64,000 nt of DNA from NCBI RefSeq assembly GCF_964355755.1, contig NC_092675.1:11837812-11901811 (forward strand), given 5' to 3'. A program made the translations under genes and the position numbers. Positions 24,966 to 39,100 of the stretch are shown piece by piece. The stretch's first letter is position 1. Every line of letters begins with the position of its first letter. Origin of the DNA: Antedon mediterranea (lineage: Eukaryota; Animalia; Echinodermata). The notes beneath the pieces are model-generated. The model did not search any database. It was not told where the DNA came from and was given only the letters and a program-made list of their open reading frames with translations.

Positions 24966-25508
24966 ATTTTGGCTGTCATGCGAGTCAACTTCAAACTTAA
25001 ATTTGGATCTGACTAATATATCACGAAGGTTGGGAGGTCTACGAAATGCAATAATGGGTGGTTCCGAAAAAACAGTCCTGAGACGTTCTTTATAGCAGTT
25101 TCGATGTATTCCTTCTTGTAATTTCTATTCCGGAGATGTCCGGTTAGTTCTTCGGTACGATTCTGAAAATCTAAATCTGAAGAAAATAAATATGTATATA
25201 CCGGTATGCAAAAAAAAAGAAGAGAATGAGGTTATGAGAAGAGGATGGCGGCGCGTTTGGAATGGATATTTGAAACATATTTAAGTTAAGATCAAGAAAA
25301 GAATTAAGCCTAAATTGAGAAGCATTTGCCAGAAAACGTGCACTTTTAAACATATTTAAATTAAGATCGAGTTAAAATGTAAATAACAAATAAATACAAG
25401 TATACTGAACGTTGCTGTTGTCAGATTAAATAGATCTACTTATTAAACTAGTGAATTGTACATTTTTTAACTTTGCGGTCATGGTGGATAGCATAATATT
25501 TTGTGTCC

Positions 25509-26590
25509 CTACCACCTTTGTAGTGTTTCACTAGATATATGATCATGCATGTTGTTGCATTGTACACGAACACCTTTTGTCAATTCACTGTTGTTTCGCA
25601 TTAGAATTTGTTCTAGCTTCACACCAGCATCAATTAAACCTTCTGCGTGAGCGGAATTCAACCTTGTCAATGATGCAGTGTAGTCATATTGGACTCCGCA
25701 GCATGATGAACAAATGTAGTCAAATGTTTCTGGTAAGGATTTTAGGACGTCAAGATGCAAATCAGTCCGTCACCTTCACAAGTTTTTCTGCAAAAACCGC
25801 ATGGGTACCGTATCTAACAGGACGCCCAACCTAGGATAAAAGATATTTTGTTTTATTAAGACCGTGACCATATGTTTTTTCATTATAATAAAAAATAAAT
25901 ATAAGTTAACGTGTAGGGTTGCTGTATCTATTATTAAAATGATATTTTAAACGGGTTTCTAGGTGCTGAGAAATAATGTCTAGGACTGTAGCCTACTTTT
26001 CTAATTAAGGTTTAGTGGCATTGGTGTTTCCTGATTAAATTTAAAAATAGACTGACAATTTGAGCTACTAAGATGTATGCTTATTTTACCGAGTGTAGAA
26101 ACAATGTTTCAGAGTTTGATGAAGTTCAAACCAAAAAATGTGTAAAAAACGAAACATTACCTTGTTGGCACCATTCTTTCATGCGATCAACCGCAGTCAG
26201 AACATTAAAGAATTCTTTTGTTGAACGATTAATTAAAACTGCTACACTCAAATAAACTCGAGAGAAATTAAATTAAAGAAAGCAGGTATACACAGCAGTT
26301 TAAATGAACTGAAAAATATCTAAAACTTCAATAAGCAAGATACAAAACGTAGGCCTAATCGAAATTTCACAAAATCAGTACCACCCACTATTGTTATTTA
26401 AAACTGACCTACGCAGCATGCATGGTTTCTATGTTCCACGAAATACTCGAAATATTCTATTTTATTTCACCTACACCCAGAAGCGAAAAATCGGCAATTA
26501 TAGGATGCCGTAAAAATATTTCACAGCTGTTTCAACTAGTGTTAAGATATCAGAAAAAGTCAAGCGCCCTCAGTGTTAGCAGACGAGGCT
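25509..26590 (-). pseudogene. Decayed multi-exon gene remnant with a PHD-finger-like Cys/His segment, probably transposon-borne
   Basis: Exon-like blocks bounded by minus-strand GT donors (~26160, ~26408). The frameshifted segment reads ...HAV...LKSLPETFDYICSSC. Confidence 0.35.
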
Positions 26591-28185
26591 CTCCCGAGTC
26601 GCGCGGACATATAATTTTTGTTTACAAACCATTATTTCGCGAACGCCAAATTAAATTTCGCTATCGTGAGTTTTTATGTAGTAAAACATTTTATACAAAA
26701 CTAAATGATTAAAAAAAGTGTATGTTCAATTAAAAAATAAATATTTTATTGTTTCTTTACTATAAATTAATAAATAAACCACGATATTGTCCATTTTACT
26801 GATATACTATCCAGCACATAAACCAGGAAGTCAAGATAAACTGTGTAAAGAAATGGTAAACAATCGTAAGTAGAAAATATCATTGTATTCTTTACTTTTT
26901 TTTGGATATAATTAATTTTTTTAGAAAAAGAACGAACTAGAATATAGTCCATCATTATTATATAAACAAAATAATACTAGTTTTGTAAATATAGCCTGGT
27001 TCAGTTTTTAGTAAAACTCGCATATTTTGCAACCCCTTTATACATTGTTATTGTTGTCGGCGAGAAAACGGTTTGGCAATAGGCTTAGAAAGTGCGTTGT
27101 CGCCCGCGATGACCGTGACGGTAATGTGGGCCTAGAATAAAGCTAGGCCGAAACATAGAAAATTCGTAATAGTTAAACCTTTAATTACCCTAATCCTAAA
27201 TTTAATCATTATAACTGTTACCAAATAATTAATGGCATGTGTTTATAATAATAATTATTGCTTTCCTGGTGCATTTTTAGGCTAGCTGGTGTGACTGAGT
27301 GACAGTCACAGCCTAGGCTAGGCCTTAATAGTAATACATTTGTATAATAATGTTTTAATATTTTGACTATTAGCTCTCTTGTTTGGATTTGTTTGGACAC
27401 AAAACTGAAGTACTGTAGATTTAAAAATTGATTTATTTTTAAAGGAAAGTACAGTTGCATCTATTGTTTTTGTAATCAAGATGACATCAGAATCAACAAT
27501 GTTCCTCAAGCCTGTAGATATCTCAAGGCCTACAATCATGACTACAAGTTTTTTGTAGACCATGGCAGTGAAAAAAAAAAAAGCAAAACAATATCGCACA
27601 GTGTTGTTAGGCCATACCTGGTAGACATTGAATTAAACAGGGTAGGTAAATAATCATAACCACCTCTTTAGAAAGTTTAATACACACTCCAAACAATAAA
27701 ATGTGTGTTTGTACTTCATATTAAAGAACAATGTTAGTATAAAATAACTGTCGAAACAAACAATTGTTACAGTAATTTATAAATATACCTCTTTTCTTTA
27801 TTAAATATTTCCTCAATCAACTATTTTTCCAGGTGTCAATATGTTATAATATTCAACATGCGACAGGATGCTGACATCTTGACTGGTAAATTCAAATGTT
27901 GTTTCAACTTTACATTGACATTACATAATAACTCAATTGGTCAAGTTGCTCTTTAAATATACATAATTGTCCCTTTGAGCATAGAATTTCAAAATTGTTT
28001 ATCCTATTTTTATGCATAATAAAGCAAACCTTTGGCTGGAACTTATTTTCCTATGAATTATCCATATATTATTATCATCTGCTACAAGAAATAGTTGTTA
28101 ACATTTTGAAAATATAATAATTTTGAAGCTCATTTTTTATGAAGATTGACATTTATTTGGTTGACCAATATTGTTTAATCTCAGG

Positions 28186-28640
28186 TGATCATCCAGCAGA
28201 AAGAGAAAATCAGAAGCTGCAGCACATCGACATGCTACAGTACAAAGTACAATGATTAAAATCCAGTCTTTAGAAGAGAATCTTGAGCATTTAAGAAATG
28301 AACTCTCAGTGTCACTTGTGACAAAACAGCATAGTAAGATTGCAGAGACTGGCCACAGAATAAATCTAAAAGAACAAGAGGTCAAAGACTTGGTCAGTCC
28401 TACATTATATACCTTTAAAATTATGTCTAAAACATGCAATACTATAAAAATGAATGCCATATTTCTTTTATATATTTTATATAGCGAACTACTATGAACC
28501 AAGAGATTTGAAACTGGACCTCTATGTACAAAAATGGACGAGGTATTTAGAAAAAATAAATTCCTCGACAGCAGTACCATGGAAAGAGTTTTGTGGGAAA
28601 TCATGAAGTCACATCTGACTTTTATTTCACCTGAGATCCA
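28186..28640 (+). pseudogene. Transib/Chapaev (RAG1-related)-like transposase fragment with an intron
   Basis: A coiled-coil exon, then a GT...AG intron (~28393-28483), then GPLCTKMDEVFRKNK(fs)IPRQQYHGKSFVGNH. Confidence 0.5.
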
Positions 28641-28846
28641 GCATGAAGTAACTAGGCCGGTAACTAAGTGCAGAAAAGTTGAGGAATAGTTTGCTATTTC
28701 TCAGTTAATTGTTACAGTATTGCATATTATTATGTACAGTATACTGTATGAATGGTAGTATTTTTTGTGTTATTGCTAGAACAATGATTTTGTGAATATT
28801 TAACAAATGGTATATGAATTGTAATTGAATTTAATTTTTTGGAAGT

Positions 28847-29757
28847 TATTTTATTTTAATTTGGTTTATATATATTATTGATTGATAACGGAAATTGATG
28901 TTATTTACTGATTTAGATTGTGATTGCATATACAATACAAATATGAAAGAAATATGCATTTATAATTAAATATCTAATGTCACAGTACTCTATAGCTTCT
29001 TTCTATTAATATATTACAGATCTTTGACTAAGACATGCTAGGTAGGCTGCTAGCCTTTAACCTGCTGATGATGTAGCCTAGCCTATATATAGTATAGGCC
29101 TAGCTAGGGATGTAACCTGGCCTACTCTGTACTCCTCTCTCCCAATATGAATGATTATTAAAAAAGCTTAGGCCTAGGCTAGGCCTAATTTTTAATTAGG
29201 ACCAGGAACAAGTAATTAATCAGCTTTATAACAGGTCAACTGTCATTTAGGCCCCCGAATAGACATGTTTACGTGTTAAAAATAAACAATTATTTTATTT
29301 TAATTTGGTTTATATATTAATAATTATTTATTGATAACGGAAATTTATGTTATTTACTGATTTAGATTGTGATTCATTGCATATCAAAATAATAAATATA
29401 CAATACAAATATGAAAGAAATATGCATTTATGATTAAATATCTAATGTCACAGTACTCTATAACTTCTTTCTATTAATATATTACAGATCTTTGACTAAG
29501 ACATGCTAGGTAGGCTGCTAGCCTTTAACCTGCTGATGAGGTAGCCTAGCCTATATATAATATAGGCCTAGCTGGGCCTGTAGCCTGGCCTACTCTGTAC
29601 TCCTTTCCCAATATGAATGATTATTAAAAAAGCTTAGGCCTAGACTAGGCCTAATTTTTAATTAGGACCAGGAACAAGTAATTAATCAGCTTTATAACAG
29701 GTCAACTGTCACTCAGGCCCCCCCCCGAATATACATGTTTACGTGTTAAAAATAAAC
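28847..29757. repeat. Tandem duplication, two ~450-bp copies
   Basis: 28847-29290 recurs at 29292-29757 with small indels. Confidence 0.9.
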
Positions 29758-31139
29758 AGCCATTAGTCTTACACAGCTGGTTTTAACCACGCAAGGGGCC
29801 TGGGCAGAGCCTATTATAAGCTAGCATAGGAAAAAATCCAGCCAGGCAATATGAATACGATCCTTGTTAAAACATTCAAGGATAACTAAAGTATCCAACT
29901 AAATCAAAGAATTCAACAGAAAAAATTATTTTTAAACTGATATGGAAAACAACATTTATACCTACTTTTTAAATGTATCACTTGAGAAAAAAACTGGCGT
30001 TGGGTGTACAATTTTCAATTACATTACCTCTTAAAATCCACGTGATAAAACGACGACAACATGTTTTTCACCTTCATCATCCAGGGTTGTTCTAATGAAT
30101 ATTCATTATTTTTCTGACTTTCGCGGTCTTTATTTGTTTTTATTGGCTATTAAAAAACAGTCGTTTTATGCTTGATTGCTTCCGGGTTCCTCATGTGGTT
30201 TGTATACAATATGTTTTCGGAATCGCTACTCCATAAAACGCTATGAAACGTTGGGGGCGCTGCACTTAATTCATATTTCTGGAACAGCTGTGATTTAGAT
30301 ATAAATATATACGTAAAAACACAGAAAATACAATATGAAACATACAAAAATAGCAAAATGTGAAATAGAATGTAAAAATTGACAAACTGTCAAAAAATAT
30401 CGATAGTCTTATGTTTAAATTGAATTGTAAAGCTTGTTAAAGGTAATTCATCGTGTTTTACTTACTTATTTAATATTAACGATTTCTTTTACATTTAACT
30501 AATAAGGGAAATTGTATTTGTTTAATATTATTGAAAAACATCATTTGCATATTATGAATTGTAAATTCACTTAAATTCGGTAACATTTTCTCTCTCTCTG
30601 CCAAACAAGTGCAATAGTAGACCTTATACAGACAGTTACTAAACGGCAAAATGTGGTTTTTTTTTTAGCTTACGCCACCTTTATTAATCTCATAATTTTC
30701 TATCATATCTTTTTTAATCGCACGTAATGGCTACCTTGACAAAGGTATTTATTAAATATAATGACAATCATCAATTTACATTACTTTTTTTGCTGTACAG
30801 CCATATGTTTGTTATTTTTTTTATTTTAAAATTTAAAACGTCTGTTTAAAATGATTGTTTACTTAGTCACCTTATTTTGTTTAGCTAACCGACGGAATAT
30901 ATTTTGTTTTCTGTTTTTACTTTAAAGATAATAAATAAACAAGGTACACTTTATTTGTAAATAATAATTGGTTAAACTTCTTCTCTCAACAATACATTTA
31001 CTGCATGTACAAAGTAAATTACATAAATAAAATTATGAAGCAGCCATGAGCCATTGGAAATTGAATACAATAAAGTATAACAAATGAGGCAAAGGGTTGT
31101 TGAATGTGTGGAGAGAGTAACTAGACTAGACTAACAATG

Positions 31140-31283
31140 AAGATAGCTTGGTAGATATAAACAATTTTAAAATGGAGAACTAAAATATAAATAAATATTG
31201 AGACTTAAATTTATGATGTCAAATGGAGTAATTTTACGGATCTGGGAGTATATGTTCCTAATGTTAAGTCCAAAAGGTTTTGT
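31140..31283 (-). mobile_element. Remnant of the same Penelope-like family (end of GIY-YIG and start of 3' region)
   Basis: GATCTGGGAGTAT..GTTCCTAATGTTAAGTCCAA.AGGTTTTGT matches 24548-24590. Confidence 0.7.
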
Positions 31284-32969
31284 CAGTATCAGTTATATCC
31301 ATTAAAAAGAGAAGATGGATTACATTGAGCGTACAATGCACAGTAGGCCTACCACTTTTCAACATCGAATATAAATATAGAATCATTAATAACTATAAAA
31401 TGTTTAAGTTAAGATAATAGAAAATGTTAACATTAAATTATTTAATAGTCTGATGACAACAGGCGCAAATGATTTACGGTTAGTTTTACACCTGAAACGG
31501 CAGCCATGGGGCAACACTTCAAATTCCTTATTTGTTAAAAGTTGCCTTTTTTTTATAAATATGTCTATCTCAAAAAGAAGATAGGTAAATGTAGTTACAA
31601 CCTGTTAGCTTAGAACTTAAGTTCGCATTTTAAGCATTTTTTTGTAAGGAATTTGTTTCATTTACCCTGGAACACTCTCAATAAAAGAATTATAAAATAT
31701 TGTAAGAATAGCTTTATCAACATTAAAATGATTAATCTTTTTTTGTGCGCATTTTCTAACGTACGTTGGTAGCAAAAAAGAACATAAGAATAAAATAAAA
31801 GTACATCAATCAAACCCACGACGACTGCTGCTACACAGGAGGCACAGTCAGTTGTCGTATTGGGAACTTTCGTTGTCAACATAAAGATTCCACCCGATTC
31901 TGGTTTGTTTTCCTTTTATATTCCACTACAGTATGTTCTTGAAAAGAAATCAGCTTTGTAATTAATTTGTCTTTGATCCTTTTCAGATTTCTAATATTTT
32001 AAACATATGTTTTTCTTTTCTTCGCTTTTTCCTCACTGTTTCAAACATTTTATTTTTTCAGCATACTTCAAGCAATTAATTGATAATTAGGTCATATGTT
32101 TTATGAGTATCAAATCGCATTAGTTAATTCTTCAGATCCTGATTTTCTTTTTTTTAAATTGTTATTTAACTTTTAAGTTTATCTAATTTTTTGTTGATAT
32201 TAAGTGTTGCTCTTACGGTGTAGGCCTACCATGCGATGGAATTATATATTGAAATTAAATTAAACATTAAGTTTTAAGAAAATTGTAAAAGGCTAAATAG
32301 AATATTGAATGTAGTTCTGGTCCATTAAATCTATATTTTAGGTATATTATTATAAGTATGACACACGCACGCTTAACAATATATACTGGTCATACCTCAA
32401 ACTGGCATTTCCAGTAAAAATATGATAACATCTTCTATTGGAGCTAATATAAATGTTTACATTTTGAACATTTTGACACCAAGTTGAACTTTTTGTGACA
32501 TTTGGTTACAGAGATACAGACATATTTAAACATTAAAGGTCAAAGGTCAGTAAATTACATTTCCTGTGGATTTGGAAGAACATGTTTAATTAGAGTATAT
32601 ATAAATATGTATGCTCTTAACAATTTGAAACAAATTTCAAGAAATTTTGACCAGTAGTTCCGAGGTCAAAGGTCAAAACATTGAGAAATTACATTTCCGG
32701 TCGTTTTTTTGAAAAAAGTTCTATTAGAGCGAATATAAATATGTACCCTCTGATCTATTTGACACCAATATCATTTCAATTGTCAAACCCGTTGCGGAGA
32801 TATGGCTGTTTAAGATAGAAATATAAAAATTGAGGTCAGAGGTCACAGAGGTCAAATCAGATTTCCAGTAACTTTGTTTTGGTATCTCCATATCATGTTC
32901 TATCAACATGCCAAAGGGCACACTTGTATCCACTATGGTAACATCATTTCCCCTTAGGGACTGGACTAT

Positions 32970-33413
32970 ATGGTTAGACCTTGTGGTATTATTGTGGATT
33001 TCGCTGAGTTATACACTTGTGGATCACCTTCCCAAGCTTTTGTATTTCTTTTACGAACATGTTCAAGGCAATGGGACAGATTCAGCTATATCGGATATGA
33101 CAGGGCCTGTGAGCTTCATCCATTCTTAAAAAACTTAGCAAAAAAGGGAAATGAAGGAGCAACTGACTTATTGAACAATCTGAAATTCGTGGTAGACCTA
33201 TTTCACATTAGGACTCACAAACGAAAAGAATGTATGCCATTGAGTAACCCAGAGTGTATATACCATCCACAACTGCCACAACACGCAGTTATAGCTGGAG
33301 TTAAAACTCAATGTGCTGAACAGACATTCAAATCACTTAACAAGTATAAGTACATCACGAAACGAATGTCAAATTTTTTTTGTATACTGTTATCCAAAGA
33401 CACAATGAAATGA
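32970..33413 (+). pseudogene. KDZ-like transposase fragment (copy 2)
   Basis: Near-identical to the 18582-19025 protein, with a few substitutions (e.g. ESPSQ to GSPSQ, NTQ to KTQ). Confidence 0.75.
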
Positions 33414-34064
33414 TACACAAGAAACTGCAGCATGAGGGTAAACTTTTGGACACGCAATAAGTTACTGAATGACATTGTTTAATCGTATGTTATAAATCAG
33501 GCTATTCTACTTACTCAGATCACTCATTGTCCTAATTGCTGTACATTTTAATCAAATTTCTACGTGTTTTGCATAATATTGTACTTCAAGAGCCAAAGAA
33601 TTAAGTTTGCGACCTGTATATAATATTATTGTTAATCATTAATAGTTGCAGCTTCAGTTTATAAGGAAATGTACAATTAAATCTAGGCATACATTTAGTT
33701 ATGACATTTATAAAAAAGGGCAAAGTAACATAAAATGAATTTTATCTTTGATAAAACTGAAATTACAATCTTTCATTTAAATAAATTGAAATACTTTCAT
33801 TTAGAATGGATTGTAAACTGCTTAACATATTTTCATTTTTCTAAATCACAAACTTGTATTTATTTTCAACTTTCTGATTGTACCAGATGTATCCATACTC
33901 GAAAGTATGTATACGATTAAACAACTTACATGTAAAGGTTGTTATATTACAGTACGACTTTTCCAATGTCCTAATAATTTCCCACCTTTTTGAAATACGA
34001 TTATTTTGGATAGGATTACATTTACACTAACATTGCATGTGTCGCAAAATGTTTCCATTACATT

Positions 34065-34700
34065 CATTGAATTTGGTAGACCAGATCAGCATAATATAAT
34101 AGATGGTTTATAAAGCAGTCTCCGAATTGTATTTCTTTGGTACAGTATTTGTATTAATAATAGATCGTTTATAAATATATTTTAAACAGAATACAGAGGT
34201 GAACCTTCTTGCTGTATCCCATTCAAACGTTGAAATGGGAGCATTAACTAGTGGCATATTTTTGCATGTGCTGATATTTTACTGTACATGGAATATTTGA
34301 CGTGAAATGTATTGTTGATTACACCTATTTCTCTTAATTTTATTAATACACATTATTGTTTATGTAGTCAAAAGCAAGTTTGAGATCAACGAAGCAACAA
34401 AATAATTGATCCCTTCTCTTACTTAAATATTTTTGGATTGTGCTGTTTAGCATGAAAGTATATGTAGTGTTCTGAATCCCTTGTGACAGCCTGATTGTTG
34501 TTGGTAAATAATGTTGTTGTTATCAGTAATGGTTTATTGTTGTAGTATTAAAGATGTTTAAAAATGTTTGGAAAGTCGAATGTCAGAAATGTCTCTATAG
34601 TTTTCGGGTTTGTTGCTATCACCCTTTAATTGGAATTTGGAAGGCATGTTTTATTTGGAATAGGTTAATTTTGTCATCATACACGATGTTATGCTCATTT
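34065..34700 (-). pseudogene. LINE RT fragment (inverted copy of 17440-18060)
   Basis: Reverse-complement identity to copy 1. Confidence 0.65.
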
Positions 34701-35049
34701 TTCTTGCTGTACATTTTATTCAAATTTCTACGTGTGTTGCATAATATTGTACTTCAAGAGCCAAAGAATTAAGTTTGCGACCTTTATATAATATTATTCT
34801 GAATCATTAATAGTTGCAACTTAAGTTTATAAGGAAATGTACAATTAAATTGAGGCATTATATTTAGTTATGAAATTTAAATATTTTAGGATTGTGCTGT
34901 TTAGGATGAAAGTATTTGTAGTGTTTGGAATCCATTGTAAAAGCCTGATTGTTGTTGGTAAATAATAGTTGTCAGTGTTGTCAATATAGATTATTGTTGT
35001 AGTATTAAAGATGTTTAAAAATATTTGGGAACTGGAATGTCAAAATTGG

Positions 35050-35755
35050 CTCAACTATGAACTGAACGTACCCTTTAAATACTCTCAGCTATAAAGTGAA
35101 CCTAACCGTCTTAATGATCTAAACTATGAACTGAACCCTCTATATAATCTCAACTATCAACTGAACCTAACACTGTAATAGTTTTCTGGTTTGTTCCTTA
35201 ATAATCTCAACTATGAACTGAACGTACCGTTTAAATAATCTCAGCTATGAAGTGAACCTAACCGTCTTAATAATCTAAACTATGAACTGAACCCTCTATA
35301 TAATCTCAACTATCAACTGAACCTAACACTGTAAATAATAGCAACTATGAACTGAACCTCACCCTCTAAATAATCTGAAACATCAACTGAACCTCACCCT
35401 CTAAATAATCTCAACTATGAACTGAACCTAACCCTCTAAATATTCTCAACTATGAACTGAACCTAACCCTCTAAATAATCTCAACTACCAACTGAACCTA
35501 ACCCTCCAAATAATCTAAACTATGAACTGAACCTAACCCTTTAAATAATCTCCACTATGAACTGAACCTTACCATTTAGAAAACCTCCACTGGGTCAACT
35601 AAACCTAACTATGAACTGAACCTAACCCTCTAAATAATCTCAACTATGTAATGAACCTAACCATTTAATAAACCTCCACTGTGTCAACTAAACATTCTTT
35701 AAGTATCCTAACCTTCTAAATAATCTGAACTTAGAACTGACCCTTTAAATAATCA
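35050..35755. repeat. 35-bp minisatellite (inverted copy)
   Basis: Unit CTATGAACTGAACCTAACCCTCTAAATAATCTCAA. Confidence 0.9.
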
Positions 35756-35952
35756 TGTAAAACGCCTGACGTGTATACCCTTAAAAAAATCATTAATCCT
35801 GACATAAACCGCCAAGATCTAACCACCCTCATGTGAACCACCTGACATGTATACCCATAAAAAAAACATCACTCCAGATGTAAACCGCCAAGATGTGACC
35901 ACCTCATGTAAAATGCCTGACGTGTATAACCTAAAACAAAACATCACTCCAG

Positions 35953-36127
35953 CAGGGAAAATTTTCATTTAAAAATTTTGTTTAGCAATATTGCTAATCA
36001 AACTGATTTTTAAGTCGAGAAACATAGTTTTGTATTGTATTTTTTGCTACACAATTTTCAAAATTTGTAGCAATAAGGTTGTTTTGTATAGCTTTTTGCT
36101 ACGCTACACTGGCGAAAATGTTCCCTG
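35953..36127. mobile_element. 175-bp MITE with CAGGG termini and a 5-bp TSD
   Basis: TIRs CAGGGAAAATTTTC / GAAAATGTTCCCTG, TSD TCCAG (35948-35952 / 36128-36132). Empty site in copy 1 at ~16200-16220. Confidence 0.85.
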
Positions 36128-39100
36128 TCCAGATGTTAACCGCCAAGATCTAACCACCATCATGTAAAACGCCTGACGTGTATAACCTAAAAAAACAACA
36201 CTTCAGATGCAAACCACCAAGATCTGACCACCCTAACTGGTCATGTAAAACGCCTGACGTGTATAACCAAAAAAAAAAAACATCACTCCAGATGTAAACC
36301 GCCAAGATCTAACCACCGTCATGTGAAACGCCTGACGTGTATACCCATAAAAAAACATCACTCCAGATGTAAACTTCCAAGGTCTGACCACCCTCATCTA
36401 AAACCCCTGACATATATACCCTAAAAAAACATCACTCCAGATGTAAACCGCCAAGATCTGACCACCCACATGTGAAACGCCTAATGTGTATAACCTAAAA
36501 AAAAAACAATCCAGATGTAAACCGCCAAGAACACCCTCATGTAAAACGCCTGACGTGTATAACCTAAAAAAAAAGTCACTCCAGTGTAAACCGCGAAGAT
36601 GTAAAACGCTCCTGACATAAGCCGCCAAGATCTGACCACCCTCATGTGAAACGCCTGACGTGTATAACCTAAAAAAAAACATTACTCCAGATGTAAACCG
36701 CCAAGATCTAACCACACTCATATAAAATGCCTGACATGTATACCTTTAAAAAAAACATCACTCCAGATGTAAATATTTAGTTATGACATTTAAATATTTT
36801 AGGATTGTGCTGTTTAGGATGAAAGTATTTGTAGTGTTCGGAATCCATTGTAAAAGCCTGATTGTTGTTGGTAAATAATAGTTGTTGTTGTCAATATGGA
36901 TTATATTGTAGTATTAAAGATGTTTAAAAATATTTGGGAACTGGAATGTCAAAAATGGCTCAATAGTTTTCTGGTTTGTTCCTTAATAATCTCAACTATG
37001 ATGTTGTAAACCGCCAAGATCTGAACAGCCTCATGTAAAACGCCTGACGTGTATAACCTATAAAAAAAAATCACTCCAGTGTAAACCGCCAAGATGTAAA
37101 ACGCTCCTGAAATAAACCGCCAAGATCTAACCACCCTCATGTGAAATGCCTGACGTGTATACCCATAAAAAAAAACATCACTTCAGATGTAAACCGCCAA
37201 GATCTAACCACACTCGTATAAAATGCCTGACATGTATACCTTTAAAAAAAAAACATCACTCCAGATGTAAACTGCCGAAATGGATCCACCCTCATGTAAA
37301 ACGCCTCACGTGCATACCCTTAAAAAAACATTACTCCTGACCTAAACCGGCAAGATCTAACCACCCTCATGTGAAACGCCTGACGTGTATAACCTAAAAA
37401 AAACATCACTCCAGATGTAAACCGCCAAGATCTGACCACCCTCATGTAAAACGCCTGACGTGTATACCCTTAAAAAAAACATCACTCCAGATGTAAACCG
37501 CCAAGATCTAACCACCCTCATGTGAAACGCCTGACGTGTATAACGTAAAAAAAACATCACTCCAGATGTAAACCGCCAAGATCTAACCACCCTCATGTGA
37601 AACGCCTGACGTGTATAACCTAAAAAAAAACACCACTCCAGATGTAAACCGCCAAGATCTGACCACCCTCATGTAAAACGCCTGACGTGTATAACCTTAA
37701 AAAAAAACATCACTCCAGATGTAAACTGCCAAGATCTAACCACCCTCATGTAAAACGCCTGACGTTTATACCCTTAAAAAAAAACATCACTCCAGATGTA
37801 AACCGCCAAGATCTGACCACTCTCATGTAAAACGCCTGACGTGTATAACCTAAAAAAAAACATCACTCCAGATGTAAACCGGCAAGATCTAACGACCCTC
37901 ATGTAAAACGCCTGACGTGTATAACCTAAAAAAAAACATCACTCCAGATGTAAACCGCCAAGATCTAACCACCCTCATGTAAAACGCCTGACGTGTATAA
38001 CCTAAAAAAAAACATCACTCCAGATGTAAACTGCCAAGATCTAACCAACCTCATGTAAAACGCCTGACGTGTATAACCTAAAAAAACATCACTCCAGATG
38101 TAAACCGCCAAGATCTGAACACCCTCATGTAAAACGCCTGACGTGTATAACCTAAATAAAACATCACTCCAGATGTAAACCGCCAAGATGTAAAATGCCT
38201 GACGTGTATAACCTTTAAAAAAAATCACTCCAGATGTAAACCGCCAAGATCTAATCACCATCATGTGAAACGCCTGACGTGTATACCCATAAAAAAAACA
38301 TCACTCCAGATGTAAACCGTCAAGATCTGACCACCCTCATGTAAAACGCCTGACGTGTATACCCTAAAAAAAACATCACTCCAGATGTAAACCGCCAAGA
38401 TCTGACCACCCTCATGTGAAACGCCTGACGTGTATAACCTTAAAAAAACATCACTCCAGATGTAAACCGGCAAGATCTAACCACCCTCATGTAAAACGCC
38501 TGACGTGTATAACCTTAAAAAAACATCACTCCAGATGTAAGCCGCCAAGATCTCAACACCCTCATGTAAAACGCCTGACGTGAATAGGCTAACCTAAAAA
38601 AAAAACATCACTCCAGATGTAATTCGCCAAGATGTAAAACGCCTGACGTGTATACCCTAAAAAAAAATCACTCCAGATGTAAACCGCCAAGATCTGACCA
38701 CCCTCATGTGAAACGCATGACGTGTATAACCTAAAAAAAACATCACTCCATGTGTAAACCGCCAAGATCTAACCACCCTCATGTAAAACGCCTGACGTGT
38801 ATAACCTAAAAAAAACATCACTCCAGATGTAAACCGCCAAGATCTGACCACCCACATGTGAAACGCCTGACGTGTATAACCTAAAAAAAACATCACTCCA
38901 GATGTAAACCGCCAAGATCTGAACACCCTCATGTAAAACGCCTGACGTGTAAAACCTAAAAAAACCATCACTCCAGATGTAAACCGCCAAGATGTAAAAT
39001 GCCTGACGTGTATAACCTTAAAAAAAAATCACTCCAGATGTAAACCGCCAAGATCTAACCACCATCATGTGAAACGCCTGACGTGTATACCCATAAAAAA

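Larger units (their letters stand above)
24239..25090 (-). mobile_element. 5'-truncated Penelope-like element (linker + GIY-YIG + terminal repeat)
   Basis: VFSEPPIIAFRRPPNLRDILVRSK linker (~25005-25080), GIY-YIG ORF, and a downstream repeat homologous to 53445-53575. Confidence 0.9.
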
